From assembly GCA_977030845.1 (NCBI GenBank), contig OZ365115.1, positions 31,682,001 to 31,746,000 of the forward strand: a stretch of DNA of 64,000 bases, in the 5' to 3' direction. Source of the stretch: Fimbriosthenelais zetlandica. Taxonomy: Eukaryota. Shown here one piece after another: positions 63,001-64,000 of this stretch. The translations under genes were made by a program, and so were the position numbers. The notes beneath the pieces were generated by a model. The model ran no database searches. It was not told the DNA's origin and saw only the letters and a program-made list of their open reading frames with translations. Each line of letters starts with the position of its first letter. Position 1 is the stretch's first letter.

Positions 63001-64000
63001 CAGAGTTTATTTAAGGTACTCAGATATGCCCACACCATTGGACATCCTTAGATTTAGACCCTGACCTTTCACATTTTCATGTTCCTAGAAAATGCATGGG
63101 GATGATGTATGAAAAAACGACCAAAGTTTTACCCTGGTCACACATGTATCTTCTATAATTATACACTGCTGGGGTTTACGACTGCTCCTATATTGGCCCT
63201 GCCCTGGACCCCACTTCTCCCTCCTCTACCCTATTGTCCATGCAATTTGAAGCCAATGACCAGAGGAAAGTAAGGGATTGGTGTCCGTAATGCCCCCCTA
63301 GGACTGACCAACAGCTTGAGAGCGATTCGTTAGCGCTAAATGAGAGAAGAGGCTGATGTGGAGAAGGAAGAGTAGGAGAATTGGTCAGCTGAGGCATCCT
63401 TGCTTCTCAAATAGCTCTGAATATTTATGGAACTGACAGTAATTGTGACATAAATATTTGATATTTCCTTTGCTTTTGATTGGGTCACCCAGGGAAACGT
63501 TTTCGGTGCGTCCCGGAAAATGAGTTAGTTTGGTTTGTTTTACTTTGTTTTGTGTAGCTAATTTACAAAGCCAGTCTCCCCAAAGACTAACCGACCCAGA
63601 TTTGAATTTGATTTGGAAATATTGACGCCATTAACAGTTTCAGGTCCTATCTGAAGAGACCCCAGAATACATTCTATGTATCCGTTATGTTCCTGACTCA
63701 AGTTTTCCCGTGATCTCCCATGGGAATCTGTCATGTGATTGGGATATGGGCTACAATAGTGACTCAATACTGTTTTACTATTTAATTAACACAGTCTGCA
63801 TTTATCTATTGTTTGAGCGAGATGAATCAGCTGTATCAGCTGTAATTTTCTCAGCCCAGATATTTATGTGAGGTTTCAAACTAGGTTTGACTTTCATCCC
63901 ATACAATTTAGTCACATGTGCTTCAGTTAGAACAAATCAGAAAACATTGTTCCATTAGACGACCACAAAGATGTAACTATTAACTATTCTGCATGTGTCA

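Noticed and set aside
1-64000. CRISPR array, prokaryotic operon, rRNA/tRNA/snRNA genes, intact transposase or reverse transcriptase
   Set aside because: No regularly spaced repeat-spacer series, no long ORFs (longest 160 aa and low-complexity), and no recognisable RNA-gene sequence; the composition and spliced gene indicate eukaryotic DNA.

Overview
AT-rich eukaryotic (metazoan-type) genomic DNA, roughly 40% GC by eye (not computed). I found no prokaryotic operons, CRISPR arrays, rRNA/tRNA genes or intact transposons, and most ORF-track entries look like chance ORFs. The one solid gene is largely invisible to the ORF track: a spliced minus-strand gene whose 8 coding exons (51127 down to 46277) I reconstructed by hand. 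All 7 introns are GT..AG, the phases are mutually consistent (1-2-1-2-1-2-1-2), and the frame stays open for 429 codons to TAA. The product is a cysteine-rich cell-surface-type protein made of four 6-Cys modules arranged (AB)2. Each module is encoded by two exons with 3 Cys each, and the last exon adds a seventh Cys and a hydrophobic C-terminal segment (TM or GPI signal). The architecture resembles DUF19/CPG4-type 12-Cys domains in two copies; this is a family-level inference, as no search was run. The first (signal-peptide) exon is unresolved. Inside or next to the gene are a perfect 50-bp intronic palindrome, a tandem duplication that created two splice acceptors 35 nt apart, and a degenerate duplicated block at 52.2-52.8 kb. 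The first ~45 kb is apparently gene-poor, with promoter-like motif clusters, three same-orientation CTCF-like sites, short dispersed and tandem repeats, G4 motifs and a few unconfirmed orphan exon candidates.
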